A stretch of 64,000 nucleotides of DNA from an uncultured Chloroflexia bacterium (GCA_963797095.1 CAWCNY010000004.1:1-64000); one strand, 5' to 3'. Shown: positions 40,022-50,101, numbered from the stretch's first letter. The notes: a model not told the origin generated them from the letters alone. Translations and numbers: made by a program.

Positions 40022-42007
40022 CTACTCTTGCAGAGAGCCCACCTCCAGCCAGCCGACAACCGGATACGGCTCGTTGTCGTCACGCAGCACTCCCTGGGTT
40101 GGTGTGCTGCTCAAGGCTGCAATCTGATCATTGTCCTGCTTCAACTTCGCCTCGTCGGCGGCCAATGTGGCCCGAGCCTTAGCCAGGATGGTCGGGTTAA
40201 CGTGGCTGGCCTCGGACTGTAGTTCCTGTAAGTCGCCCTTATCGCCCTGCACCACAACGGCGAGTTGGTCCCTCTGTTGCTTGAGCGCGTCCAACTGAGA
40301 TTGGATATCAAGGTTGGGGATGTTGCTTGCGGGCGCCGATATCGCATGGCTGGCGTCTTGCATGTTCAGCCCGACGAGCTCGCTCGTGTCGTACTCGTCT
40401 GTCAGTATTCCTTGTTCGAGGATCGCGGTCGCTATTGCAGCACCCGCAGGGCCGCCTAGCTGGGGCAGCCAGACATGGAAAATGTCGCTCCAAGTCTCTG
40501 CAGAGAAATAACCATCGGCAGCGGCCGGGTCCATCTCTCCAAGCTGCTGTCGGGTCCAGTTGCGCGTACTCCGCTTCGGCAGTTGCGGTGCAACGTAACC
40601 ATCCTGGTTCAGTTTGATGACCACGTCTACCGCGTCCTGCCCGTCGGACCTGATTTCAACCGAGCACCCGCTACGCACCGTAAACTGAAATGCAACAGTG
40701 AGGGGTCCCGGCGTACCGGTTCCTGGTGGTTGCCGGTCCGTCCCAGGCGGCCTTACGGTCAGGTGGAACTCGGAAGAACCCTGGAATGGGAAAGACTTTA
40801 TTTTCGGGTGTGCTTCGACGTGAAGCGACCCGGTCGGGATACCCAGTAGGGTCTCGTGAGCCTTTACCACCTCATTGACCATGTGCGAGAAGAATGGACC
40901 GTCGTCAGGCTGGTTATCGTCGTAAGCATGGCCCGGATCCGTGGTGAACCTCTGGCTGACCAGGTAGGGGCGAGACGTGACCAGCACGCGGGTGAAGTTA
41001 GGTGCGCTGTTGGCTAAGGGAGGCGCCAGCGCACTCGTGGCAATTCGCGCCGCGGCCATGAGCAGAGGCGGGTGGATTTCAGTACGGAACGCTGTAAGGC
41101 CGGGATGCACATCGTCGTTGTGATCGCCGTCGCAGCTGGTAATGGCAATCTTGTGCCCGCAGTCAACGATCCAGCGCCCAAACACGGCCACCCGGTCGCC
41201 CTGGTCTACCCCGCCCCGGCGCCAATCGAAAAACTGCCCTGGAACCAGCCCTCCGTCTATTTCAACGCCTAGGAGGCTGGGCAGACCGTCCGGGCCGAAA
41301 GGGATGATGGGTTGTCCCTGGGGATCTTTTGCATCGCCCGCCTGCCGGACTGCCTCGGGGTAAGCCTCCTCGTCGCAAGACTGGTCGGCCGGGGTCAGCA
41401 GGAATGTGTAACGGTTCGGATCGCCTCCGGGTTGGTCGAGAGCCATCATGAATTCCCAATCGAACCCGAAAGGATGGTCAAAGGGGACGTCCGTCCACGA
41501 GAATTCCGGGTTCAACAGCCAGCCGGTAGCGCCAACCAGATTGTGCCCTTCATAATCTTCGTCGTGGGCCCCGGTATTTGTGAGATCTGTTGGTAGCACC
41601 TGTTTCCATTCTTGTTCCGCATCACGAGAAGGGAACTTCCCTCCAAGGATCGTGGATTCGTCAGGATGTCCGAACGCGACCGTCTGAGCGTAGTGAGTCT
41701 CAACTTTTGGCAGGTCGGGTGGATTGGTGAATTGTATCTCGAGGATTTGTTGAGGTTGCATCACCAGGCAACCGTTCGACACAAGTTGGCCCCTAACCGC
41801 AGCCACCTGAGCGTCTATCTGTCTCAGTTTCGCCTCGTCTGCGGCCAACTTCGCCTCGGCCTGGGCCAGCTCAGCCGGGTTGACATGGCCGGCCTCGGAT
41901 TGTAGTTCCTGCAAATCACCTCTATCGGACACTATCTCAGTGGCTAGGCTCTCCCTCTGTTTGGAGAGCGGCAGCAAGTCGGCTCGAATCTCTTCGCATG
42001 TCTTCAT
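40022..42007 (-). CDS. Hypothetical 661-aa protein with duplicated coiled-coil module
   Basis: Strong RBS AAGGAGG before ATG 42007; long ORF; internal repeat GDLQELQSEA.HVNP..LA.A.A.LAADEAKL. Confidence 0.85.
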   Translation of the reverse strand: MKTCEEIRADLLPLSKQRESLATEIVSDRGDLQELQSEAGHVNPAELAQAEAKLAADEAKLRQIDAQVAAVRGQLVSNGCLVMQPQQILEIQFTNPPDLPKVETHYAQTVAFGHPDESTILGGKFPSRDAEQEWKQVLPTDLTNTGAHDEDYEGHNLVGATGWLLNPEFSWTDVPFDHPFGFDWEFMMALDQPGGDPNRYTFLLTPADQSCDEEAYPEAVRQAGDAKDPQGQPIIPFGPDGLPSLLGVEIDGGLVPGQFFDWRRGGVDQGDRVAVFGRWIVDCGHKIAITSCDGDHNDDVHPGLTAFRTEIHPPLLMAAARIATSALAPPLANSAPNFTRVLVTSRPYLVSQRFTTDPGHAYDDNQPDDGPFFSHMVNEVVKAHETLLGIPTGSLHVEAHPKIKSFPFQGSSEFHLTVRPPGTDRQPPGTGTPGPLTVAFQFTVRSGCSVEIRSDGQDAVDVVIKLNQDGYVAPQLPKRSTRNWTRQQLGEMDPAAADGYFSAETWSDIFHVWLPQLGGPAGAAIATAILEQGILTDEYDTSELVGLNMQDASHAISAPASNIPNLDIQSQLDALKQQRDQLAVVVQGDKGDLQELQSEASHVNPTILAKARATLAADEAKLKQDNDQIAALSSTPTQGVLRDDNEPYPVVGWLEVGSLQE

Positions 42008-42228
42008 GTAGATACCTCCTTTAGGAGAAGAATAACTGCCGCTTGAGCAAGGGAGGTTCGCGGCTCGGAGGCGCGTTGACCACTGATAGTTCCTCGATTG
42101 CCTACCGACGGTAGTGGTGACCGATACCCGATAGCGTTGCCGGGAACAGCAACCAACAGAACCGGGCTGCCAGCTCCTACGAGGAGCAGGGTTCTTATAG
42201 TATTGTTCATGTTGTTCTCCCCGAATAA

Positions 42229-43059
42229 TCAATCGGCGCGGGTGGCTATGGCTTCCAGGTACTCGCTGGGCACCGCCATAGTGGCGTCGCCGGAGTTGTT
42301 GTACCGGGCGATGAGGTCAAGCAGGTCAGCAGTCAGCGCATCCTGGCCTGCGGGCTCGAGGCCGGCGAATGCTCGAGACACCGGCCCGTAGTATTCGCGG
42401 AAGAAACCCACAAAATGTTGCGGGGAACGGTAGCAGAAGACGAAGTAACGTCTTGTCGCCTGCAGGTCGCTGATCCCTGTACCGAACAACTCGCGCAGGT
42501 GCGCTTCAGTGCCCCAGAGGGGGGCCGGGGCCACCTTGACCTTGGGCGGGACGTGCCGGGCGATAACGCGGAAGAGCTCGCCGATGAAGCCATCGGGCGT
42601 CCAGTTGGCGAGGCCGATCTTGCCTCCGGACCGGCAGACGCGCAGGAGTTCTTTGGCCGCTCGCTCATGATCTGGGGTGAACATGACGCCTACAGTGGAG
42701 AGAACCACGTCAAAGGAGTTGTCCTGGAAAGGCAGAGCCTCGGCATCGCCCTCCTTGAAAGTGATGGGCAGATGCTCCGCTGCGGCCCGTTCGCGCCCAC
42801 GTTGCAGCAATGAAGGCACGTAATCCAGGCCGATAACAGTGCAGAAACGGCGGGCGGCGGCCAGTGCAGCATTCCCGTGGCCCGTGGCCACGTCGAGCAC
42901 GCTCTGCCCCGCTCGCAGGCCGACCGCCTCGCAAAGCTGTTCGGCCATGATGACCAGGGTAGTTCCAACCATCCCGTATTCACCGAGTGCCCAGGTCTGC
43001 TGTTGCTGGTTCTTTATCACGGCGAAATCGGGGCCAGGTATCGAGATTTCAGTATTCAC
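42229..43059 (-). CDS. Class I SAM-dependent methyltransferase (UbiE-like)
   Basis: VLDVATGHGN, GDAEALPF.D.SFDVV.S..GVMF, ELLRVCR.GG. Confidence 0.92.
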   Translation of the reverse strand: MNTEISIPGPDFAVIKNQQQQTWALGEYGMVGTTLVIMAEQLCEAVGLRAGQSVLDVATGHGNAALAAARRFCTVIGLDYVPSLLQRGRERAAAEHLPITFKEGDAEALPFQDNSFDVVLSTVGVMFTPDHERAAKELLRVCRSGGKIGLANWTPDGFIGELFRVIARHVPPKVKVAPAPLWGTEAHLRELFGTGISDLQATRRYFVFCYRSPQHFVGFFREYYGPVSRAFAGLEPAGQDALTADLLDLIARYNNSGDATMAVPSEYLEAIATRAD

Positions 43060-43167
43060 ATTTCTCTCCTTATAGCGCCTGAGTCTTTGTCATCAGGCTG
43101 GCTTCTGAGAGTATTAAAGCAGGGTTTACGCTGTAGTGGTGCCCACTAGAATCCGACAAGAAACCGA

Positions 43168-43205
43168 CAGGAGCATACCATGGTATGCTCCTGGGTATGC
43201 TCCTG
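43168..43205. promoter_or_regulatory. Operator-like palindrome plus extra half-site in divergent promoter
   Basis: Perfect 26-bp palindrome CAGGAGCATACCATGGTATGCTCCTG followed by another GTATGCTCCTG. Confidence 0.7.
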
Positions 43206-43301
43206 CTAAACGAGGCCGGTTGCTCCGGCTCGGTAAAGGGGTTATAACTTGTAAGTAGTGCTGAGCCGCCCCTGTTATGTGACGAAGACTGCGAGGCTTG
43301 C

Positions 43302-45842
43302 ATGCGACCTATAGAGGGACAGCGCTCGTTTGGAGATTGGCTGAGGAAGCGCCGCAAAGAGCTTGACCTCACGCAATTCGACCTTGCGGAGCGAATCGGC
43401 TGCTCTGAAGACACTATCCAGAAGATCGAAACAGGGGAGCGCCGGCCCTCCAAGCAGGTGGCCGGCATACTGGCCGACTATTTCAACGTGCAATCTGAGG
43501 AGCACGAAGCTTTCTTCCTCTTCGCACGAGGGCGCGCTGATGCATTGGTGGGCACCGAAACCAGGGCACAGGGCGCTCTGGAGTACCATGCAAAGGTTGC
43601 TACGAAGGGCGACCCCGACCCGCAGGCCCGGCACAAAAACCTCCCAATGCAGCTCACCTCGTTCATTGGCCGCGACGAGGAGTTGCCGAGTATCTGCCGC
43701 CTCCTGCTCACTCCAGGGGTTCGTTTGCTCACCCTTACGGGCCCTCCCGGCACAGGTAAGACACGTCTCGCACTGCAGGTAGCTGCCAGACTGCTGGATG
43801 AATTCGAAGATGGGGCATACTTTGTGAACCTTGCTCCCATCAGTGACCCCGGCCTGGTCGTTTCCGAAATCTTGCGGAGCCTGGATGCTCCCGGCAGCGG
43901 TAGCGATGGTCGCTCACCTGTTGGGCTGGTGACGGCATACCTGATGGACAGGAGATTGCTGCTCGTGCTCGATAACTTCGAGCATATACTGGACGCCGCG
44001 CCCGTCGTGGTCCGCCTCCTGGGTGCCTGCCCGCGACTCAGCGTACTGGTGACGAGTCGCGAACCGCTACACATAGCTGGTGAGCAACAGTTCCCTGTGC
44101 CTCCCCTGCGCGCACCCAACCTCTCTCGCCTGCCCGGTTGGCAGGAACTACTCGATTTTCCGGCCGTGGAGTTGTTCGTTCAGCGTGCCGCCGCGATCGA
44201 TCCGACTTTCAAGTTGACTCAGGAGAACCACAAAGAAGTAGCGATGATATGCGCCCGGCTGGAAGGCCTTCCCCTTGCCATAGAGCTTGCTGCGGCGCGC
44301 ATCAAGTTCTTCTCTCCCCAGGCGCTCCTGGCTCGATTGGGAAGTAACTTGACGATCCTGGCGGGGGAGGTGCTCGCGCTCCCCGCGAGGCAGCAAACGC
44401 TTAGAGGAGCGATCGAGTGGAGCTCCGACCTGCTCACGGATGGGGAGAAGAAGCTCTTCCGCAGATTGGCGGTATTCGCCGGTGGTCGCACAATTGAAGC
44501 TGTAGAGGCCGTGTGCAACGCCGGTGGTGACCTGGGCATGGACGTGACAGAAGGGCTTATCTCTTTGACGGACAAGAGCCTGCTGCGCCAGGAGGCGGGA
44601 GTGGGCAGCGAACCCAGGTTCGTGATGCCGGAGACGATATACGAGTATGCAAGAGAGAAGTTGCGCCGGAGTGGCGAGGAAGGATCCATCAGGCGCCTGC
44701 ACGCCCTCTATTTCGCCGAATTTGCGGAGCAAGCTGACCTTAAGTTGTACGGCACCAGCGAGTCGCGCTCGCTTGATCACCTCGAGGAAGAACACGATAA
44801 TCTGCGGAATGCAATCCAGTGGAGCCACTCGCCAGAAGGTGACGCCGAAATCGAGCTGCGCCTGGTCGCGGCGCTGGGCGCTTTCTGGGACACTCGGGGG
44901 CACCTGACGGAGGGACGCATGAGGATCGCTGCTGCGCTGGCGAGACCCGAAAGCCGTCAAGTGGGGCTGAGGTCTTTGCGGGCGTGGGCGCTTATCGGAC
45001 TCGGTGGGCTGGCGTACTGGCAGGGTGACTTCGTGACCTCGCGATCCTCTGCCGAAGACGCGCTAAGCCTGTTCAGAGAGTTAGGCGAGACGCAAGGTAT
45101 CACCCGTGCTCTCACCGACCTATGGGGCACTGCTACAGCGGAAGGCGACCACGAGAGTTCCGTCGCATTCGCGATAGAGGGTCTCCAGACAAGTAGAGAG
45201 TTCGGTGATGAGCAGCGGACAGCCCTCTTACTGGTCTTACTGGGGTGGTCGCAGATGTACCTGGGCAAGTATACTCAGGCCGTTGTACAACTGGAGGAAG
45301 CTCTCAAGCTGGTCCGCAAGCAGGATCAGCCTAACCGCACGGCGTTTGCGCTCGCGGCGCTCGGAGAGGTGATGGTGCGGCAAGGCAACTATGACCAGGG
45401 TGTAAGGCTGCTTGAAGAAGCCCTGGCCATTCGCCGGAATACAGGCTACCGTTCGCGCATCGCCGCCATCCTGGGTGGCCTGGCTCTGGCTGCAATACGG
45501 CAGGAACAATATGGGCGAGCAGTCGAAAGGCTCTCCGAGAGCCTGAAAATAAGGAAGGAGATAGGCGACAGGGGAGGAGTAGCCTGGTGCCTGGAGAAGT
45601 TCGTTCAAATAATTAGCGCTAATGTGGAGGACGCAGACCCGACGCGTGCGGCGCGCTTGCTGGGAGCGGCTGGAGCCCTGCGTGAGGCACTCGGGACGGC
45701 TATGAACACCATCGATCAGGCTGAATACGACCAAACAGTCAATATTGTGATAGGATGCCTTGGGCAAGAAGCCTTTAGGCGAGCCTGGCAGGAAGGGCTG
45801 GCCATGGGTATCGAGGAAATTGTAGAGTACGCTCTACGATAG
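43302..45842 (+). CDS. XRE-HTH + NB-ARC (STAND) ATPase + TPR transcriptional regulator
   Basis: FGDWLRKRRK.LDLTQ..LA, GPPGTGKTRLA, LLVLDNFEH, VTSRE, GLPLAIELAAA, TPR-like repeats. Confidence 0.92.
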   Translation: MRPIEGQRSFGDWLRKRRKELDLTQFDLAERIGCSEDTIQKIETGERRPSKQVAGILADYFNVQSEEHEAFFLFARGRADALVGTETRAQGALEYHAKVATKGDPDPQARHKNLPMQLTSFIGRDEELPSICRLLLTPGVRLLTLTGPPGTGKTRLALQVAARLLDEFEDGAYFVNLAPISDPGLVVSEILRSLDAPGSGSDGRSPVGLVTAYLMDRRLLLVLDNFEHILDAAPVVVRLLGACPRLSVLVTSREPLHIAGEQQFPVPPLRAPNLSRLPGWQELLDFPAVELFVQRAAAIDPTFKLTQENHKEVAMICARLEGLPLAIELAAARIKFFSPQALLARLGSNLTILAGEVLALPARQQTLRGAIEWSSDLLTDGEKKLFRRLAVFAGGRTIEAVEAVCNAGGDLGMDVTEGLISLTDKSLLRQEAGVGSEPRFVMPETIYEYAREKLRRSGEEGSIRRLHALYFAEFAEQADLKLYGTSESRSLDHLEEEHDNLRNAIQWSHSPEGDAEIELRLVAALGAFWDTRGHLTEGRMRIAAALARPESRQVGLRSLRAWALIGLGGLAYWQGDFVTSRSSAEDALSLFRELGETQGITRALTDLWGTATAEGDHESSVAFAIEGLQTSREFGDEQRTALLLVLLGWSQMYLGKYTQAVVQLEEALKLVRKQDQPNRTAFALAALGEVMVRQGNYDQGVRLLEEALAIRRNTGYRSRIAAILGGLALAAIRQEQYGRAVERLSESLKIRKEIGDRGGVAWCLEKFVQIISANVEDADPTRAARLLGAAGALREALGTAMNTIDQAEYDQTVNIVIGCLGQEAFRRAWQEGLAMGIEEIVEYALR

Positions 45843-46151
45843 CACCAGTCGGTGAGAGAAGACTCGTGTAGTTCGCAATAAAGGACGTGTCAGACCTGAC
45901 AACATGCAGTTTCCCTTACGAGGCTGGAGTGTTTCAGCCGCGTTGAGAAAGATGGAGTTGAGGGAGATTCTTGGGGTCGGTTGGCTGAGTAGATGTCGAT
46001 ATCAGGCACGGATAGGCCTGGTCGCCCGTAGAACGGATGACGCTGGTAAGCACAACAAGCCAGCAAAGCCGGTACACCTAGCCGGGTTTCTGCACACCAG
46101 GCACACCGATGGTTCGTTTTCCTTGGAGGAAGCACTTGACATTGTCAGGAT

Positions 46152-46190
46152 CTCGTATGCAATGTATGCAGAGTACACATTGCATACGAG
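46152..46190. promoter_or_regulatory. TA autoregulatory operator (14-bp inverted repeat)
   Basis: CTCGTATGCAATGT-N11-ACATTGCATACGAG just upstream of antitoxin RBS. Confidence 0.7.
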
Positions 46191-46205
46191 GAGGTGATGA
46201 CAAGT

Positions 46206-46461
46206 ATGAAAGACATTACAATCTCAGCGCGAGTGCCTGAGGAGCTAGGTCAGCAAGTTGATCGCTTGGCCGCCGCAAAACCGCAATCGCTCTTGGGTGG
46301 TTGAGGAGGCATTGCGCGCTTATCTCGCCAAAGAAGTGCAGTTCTTGGAAGCAGTCGAGAGAGGCATTGAAGCCTACAAGAGGGGCGATGTGCTGGATCA
46401 TGCCGAGGTAGTCACACTGTTCGAGCAGCGCCGCCAACTTGAGGAAGAAGCAAAGCAATGA
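46206..46461 (+). pseudogene. CopG/RHH antitoxin, frameshifted near 46278
   Basis: MKDITISARVPEELGQQVDRLA (one frame) + RNRSWVVEEALRAYL...VERGI...G.V.DH..V (another frame). Confidence 0.75.
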
Positions 46462-46565
46462 GAATAGTCTGGACTAAGCCGGCTGTCCAGGACATTGACG
46501 CCATTTGGGAGTTGTACTGGCTACCAAAGGCATCCGCCGCTTATCGAGTGCGATTCCGGGCGTGA
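46458..46565 (+). pseudogene. RelE/ParE toxin N-terminal remnant
   Basis: ATGA overlap with antitoxin stop; MRIVWTKPAVQDIDAIWE then diverges and stops at 35 aa. Confidence 0.7.
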
Positions 46566-46833
46566 AGCCCGCAGTTTATTGAAGCTTCCTCGCCCAGCAG
46601 AGCAGGCCCAGCTGTTGCAATAGAACCGGAGAGATTATAATACAAGCAGGATCGCTCGAGGCTCGCCGCTTCTCACTTTCAGGTCGACCAACTCGATTTC
46701 CTGGATCATCCAGCCTGTGATCGCCATCATCGCTATGGTCAAGCACAGAGGGAGTAAGGGGTGGCGTGGGTTGCAGGGGCAGACTCTGCTGGAATGCTGG
46801 GCAGACTCTGCTGGAATGCTGGAAGGAACGCTA

Positions 46834-47451
46834 ATGGTCGGTGGTATACATTCAGCCGAGTTGCGTATAGTATCCGCGGACGATGCGACTACCGTGGATC
46901 TCGATATGATTCAGGGTCTGTGGACAACCGAGCAATATCTGCGCATCACCAACAACACCCGCTGGCTGCTCGAATTCACCGACGGCAAACTTGAGGTCTT
47001 GCCCATGCCCACCGAGAAGCATCAGGCAATACTGGGATTCCTGTTTGTGGCCCTACTTACCTTTCTGCAACCGCGCGGCGGGAAGGTGTTTTTCGCCCCG
47101 CTGCGGCTGCGACTTAGTGAGGGAAAATTCCGCGAACCTGACCTGTTGTTGATGCTGGATGCGCAGGACCCCAGGGCACACAACGCCTACTGGCTGGGCG
47201 CAGACTTGGTGGTTGAGATTGTCAGCCCGGCCGATCCTGAGCGTGATACCGTTGTGAAACGAGGCGATTACGCAGACGCGCAAATCCCCGAATACTGGAT
47301 TGTGAATCCCGCAGACCAGACGGTGACAGTCCTTCGACTGGATGGGGAACAATATACTGAGCATGGGGTGTTTCGGCGCGGTGAGGCAGTGAAATCCGTT
47401 CTGCTGGAGAATTTCTCCATGGCAGTCAGTGATATCCTGGACGCGCACTGA
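46834..47451 (+). CDS. Uma2 family (DUF820) endonuclease-like protein, paralogue of 15022-15645
   Basis: REPD, LVVEIVSP, KRGDYADAQIPEYWIVNP. Confidence 0.9.
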   Translation: MVGGIHSAELRIVSADDATTVDLDMIQGLWTTEQYLRITNNTRWLLEFTDGKLEVLPMPTEKHQAILGFLFVALLTFLQPRGGKVFFAPLRLRLSEGKFREPDLLLMLDAQDPRAHNAYWLGADLVVEIVSPADPERDTVVKRGDYADAQIPEYWIVNPADQTVTVLRLDGEQYTEHGVFRRGEAVKSVLLENFSMAVSDILDAH

Positions 47452-48139
47452 CACGCTAATTCCACGGCCACACTTGCGTGCCGAACCTGGCTGTAATAGT
47501 TACTATTCCCATCCGCCCTTACGGCTGTACCGGCTACTTACCTCTGTTCTGGCTACCAAGCTCATCCGACAGACCCTGCGCACCATTCAACACTCCTGTG
47601 GTCATGCTGCCCTTCGATACTCGTGGTGCAAACTGCCCAGTACCGTGAGTTGGCTACTTGCTTCATCCGTGCCTGAGATCGGCACTTCGACGGTCAGCCA
47701 TGCCCAAGTATTGTCTCCAACTCCACATCTCTCGTAGGCGTAGGCACTGGCGTAGTTCGAGCCAAATGATTAGAATCGGTGTGCCGCCTTTCGCTCGTCA
47801 TTCTTTGCACAGTGAGGCATCTTGTTTTGACTGAGTTCCTTCAGTTCCTGATGATCGTTGTCACCGTAATCCCGCGCACCGTTGTCAGTTGGCTATGGAG
47901 CAAGCCTAGCGCTGAGTCCCTTCCACCTGGTGCAGGCGCTCACCGAGATCCTGGCACAGCATCACTACCACCTGCACCTGCGCCGTACAACTTTACCGTG
48001 GGCCAGGTTGGTGGCGTTAGTGTGCTGCAAGATCGTTCATTTCATGTTGCATGGGATGGAACGCTCATGTATAATTGCTGCAGAGCGGTTATCGCGAAGG
48101 TACCGTGCGTCGCAAGAATACAGAGGAGGATATCCTAAA

Positions 48140-48397
48140 ATGACCTATGTCATTACAGAACCTTGCATTAACGTCAAAGACGCTGCTTGTATAGACGTCT
48201 GCCCGGTGGATTGCATCCACCCCCGAAAGGATCAGCCCGGCTTCGACGCCGCCGAGCAACTCTTTATCGATCCAGACGAGTGCATCGATTGCGGCGCCTG
48301 TGAGCCTGAATGCCCGGTCAACGCGATCTTTCCTGAAGATGACGTGCCCGACGAGTACCAATCCTATATCGCGAAGAATTTGAACTTCTTCAAGTGA
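48140..48397 (+). CDS. fdxA: Ferredoxin (7Fe/FdxA-type)
   Basis: MTYVITEPCINVKDAACIDVCPVDC...CIDCGACEPECP; RBS GAGGAGG. Confidence 0.93.
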   Translation: MTYVITEPCINVKDAACIDVCPVDCIHPRKDQPGFDAAEQLFIDPDECIDCGACEPECPVNAIFPEDDVPDEYQSYIAKNLNFFK

Positions 48398-48415
48398 GAG
48401 CGTAGAACGACAGAG

Positions 48416-48471
48416 ATGGGAAGTGAGAAATGAGGCGGATTGGAAGTCTCATTTCTCACTTCCCATTTCTT
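48416..48471 (+). terminator. Hairpin terminator after ferredoxin
   Basis: ATGGGAAGTGAGAAATGAG...CTCATTTCTCACTTCCCAT (19-bp stem) + TTCTT. Confidence 0.65.
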
Positions 48472-48487
48472 GCCCGGTAATGCGCCA

Positions 48488-50095
48488 ATGGCTATCATAA
48501 AGTCACACCTAATTAACGCGGACGCGGAGTTCGCTTCAAACAAAGCATACATGACCGGGCTGGTTGCCGAGTTGCGCGACCGCATGGCAGTTGTGCGGCA
48601 GGGGGGAGGACCGGATAGCGTGGCGCGGCATCGTTCGCGAGGCAAGCTGCTTGCTCGCGAGCGAGTGGAGCGGTTGCTTGACCCCGGCACTGCGTTCATG
48701 GAATTCTCGGCGCTTGCGGCATGGGATATGTACGGTGGGGATGCCCCGGGAGGCGGGATGATCACCGGGGTGGGAGTTGTATCGGGCCAGGAGTGCTTGA
48801 TCATTGCAAACGATGCGACGGTCAAGGGCGGCACTTACTATCCCATTACCGTGAAGAAGCATTTGCGCGCCCAGGAGGTGGCGCTCGAAAATAACCTGCC
48901 GTGCATCTACCTGGTTGATTCGGGTGGCGCGTTCTTGCCCCTGCAAGCGGAAGTGTTCCCGGACAAGGAGCATTTCGGGCGCATCTTCTTCAACCAGGCA
49001 AACATGTCGGCGCGGAGGATACCACAGATAGCGGTGGTGATGGGGTCGTGCACGGCAGGCGGGGCTTATGTGCCAGCGATGTCGGACGAGACGGTGATTG
49101 TGAAGGGTAACGGCACGATCTTCTTGGGCGGGCCGCCGCTGGTGAAGGCTGCCACCGGCGAGGATGTTTCGGCTGAGGAGCTGGGTGGAGCGGACGTGCA
49201 CAGCAGGATAAGTGGCGTAACGGACCATTACGCGATGGACGATGAGCACGCACTGGCTATCACGCGGGACATCGTAGCGAATCTTTTCCGCCAGAAGGAA
49301 TATCCATGGGAGGTTACATCCCCTGAGGCACCCCTGTACGACCCTTATGAAATGTATGGGGTGATAGAGCCGGAAGGCCGCAGGCCGTATGACGTGAGGG
49401 AGATCATAGCGAGAGTGGTTGACGGGTCGAGGTTCCAGGAGTTCAAGCACCTGTACGGTACAACACTGGTATGTGGGTTCGGGCGGATCATGGGGTTTCC
49501 GGTGGGGATCGTAGCGAACAATGGGATACTTTTCTCGGAGAGCGCACTGAAGGGCGCGCACTTTATTGAATTGTGCTGCCAGAGGCGCGTGCCGATAGTG
49601 TTTCTGCAGAATATCACCGGGTTTATGGTTGGTCGAGAATATGAGAACCGGGGCATAGCCAAGGACGGGGCCAAGATGGTCATGGCGGTTGCGAACGCGC
49701 AGGTGCCGAAATTTACGGTGATCATCGGAGGGTCGTTCGGGGCGGGAAACTACGCAATGTGCGGGAGAGCCTACGCACCGAGGCAACTCTGGATGTGGCC
49801 GAACGCGCGTATTTCTGTAATGGGGGGCCAGCAGGCGGCGAACGTGTTGCTAACCGTGCGACTGGATAACTTGCAAGCGGCGGGCAAAGACTTGAGCCAC
49901 AACGAGAGGGAGGCATTCACCAAGCCGATACTTGAAAAGTATGAGGACGAGGGCGGCCCATATTTCTCGACTGCGCGCCTGTGGGATGACGGGATTATCG
50001 ACCCGTTGGACACTCGAATGGTGCTTGGCCTGGGAATTTCTGCCGCGTTGAATGCCCCGGTGCCGGATACAACCTTCGGCGTGTTTCGGATGTAG
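48488..50095 (+). CDS. liuB: 3-methylcrotonyl-CoA carboxylase carboxyltransferase (beta) subunit
   Basis: [47 protein letters not shown] end. Confidence 0.93.
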   Translation: MAIIKSHLINADAEFASNKAYMTGLVAELRDRMAVVRQGGGPDSVARHRSRGKLLARERVERLLDPGTAFMEFSALAAWDMYGGDAPGGGMITGVGVVSGQECLIIANDATVKGGTYYPITVKKHLRAQEVALENNLPCIYLVDSGGAFLPLQAEVFPDKEHFGRIFFNQANMSARRIPQIAVVMGSCTAGGAYVPAMSDETVIVKGNGTIFLGGPPLVKAATGEDVSAEELGGADVHSRISGVTDHYAMDDEHALAITRDIVANLFRQKEYPWEVTSPEAPLYDPYEMYGVIEPEGRRPYDVREIIARVVDGSRFQEFKHLYGTTLVCGFGRIMGFPVGIVANNGILFSESALKGAHFIELCCQRRVPIVFLQNITGFMVGREYENRGIAKDGAKMVMAVANAQVPKFTVIIGGSFGAGNYAMCGRAYAPRQLWMWPNARISVMGGQQAANVLLTVRLDNLQAAGKDLSHNEREAFTKPILEKYEDEGGPYFSTARLWDDGIIDPLDTRMVLGLGISAALNAPVPDTTFGVFRM

Positions 50096-50101
50096 CGTAG
50101 C

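Noticed and set aside
42008-42232. 75-aa N-terminal extension of the 736-aa ORF
   Set aside because: A strong RBS precedes ATG 42007 and the extension looks non-protein-like
43302-45842. STAND ATPase as an Avs-type antiphage system
   Set aside because: XRE-HTH/NB-ARC/TPR architecture with no nuclease or other effector domain matches the common transcriptional-regulator class
47882-48139. Long N-terminal extension on ferredoxin
   Set aside because: Canonical MTYVI start with RBS at 48140; upstream part holds a TATAAT-like promoter element
48536-49786. 416-aa antisense ORF (and similar ones at 54686-55621, 44148-44960, 38600-39415)
   Set aside because: Shadow ORFs opposite well-conserved genes in GC-rich DNA, with no motifs of their own
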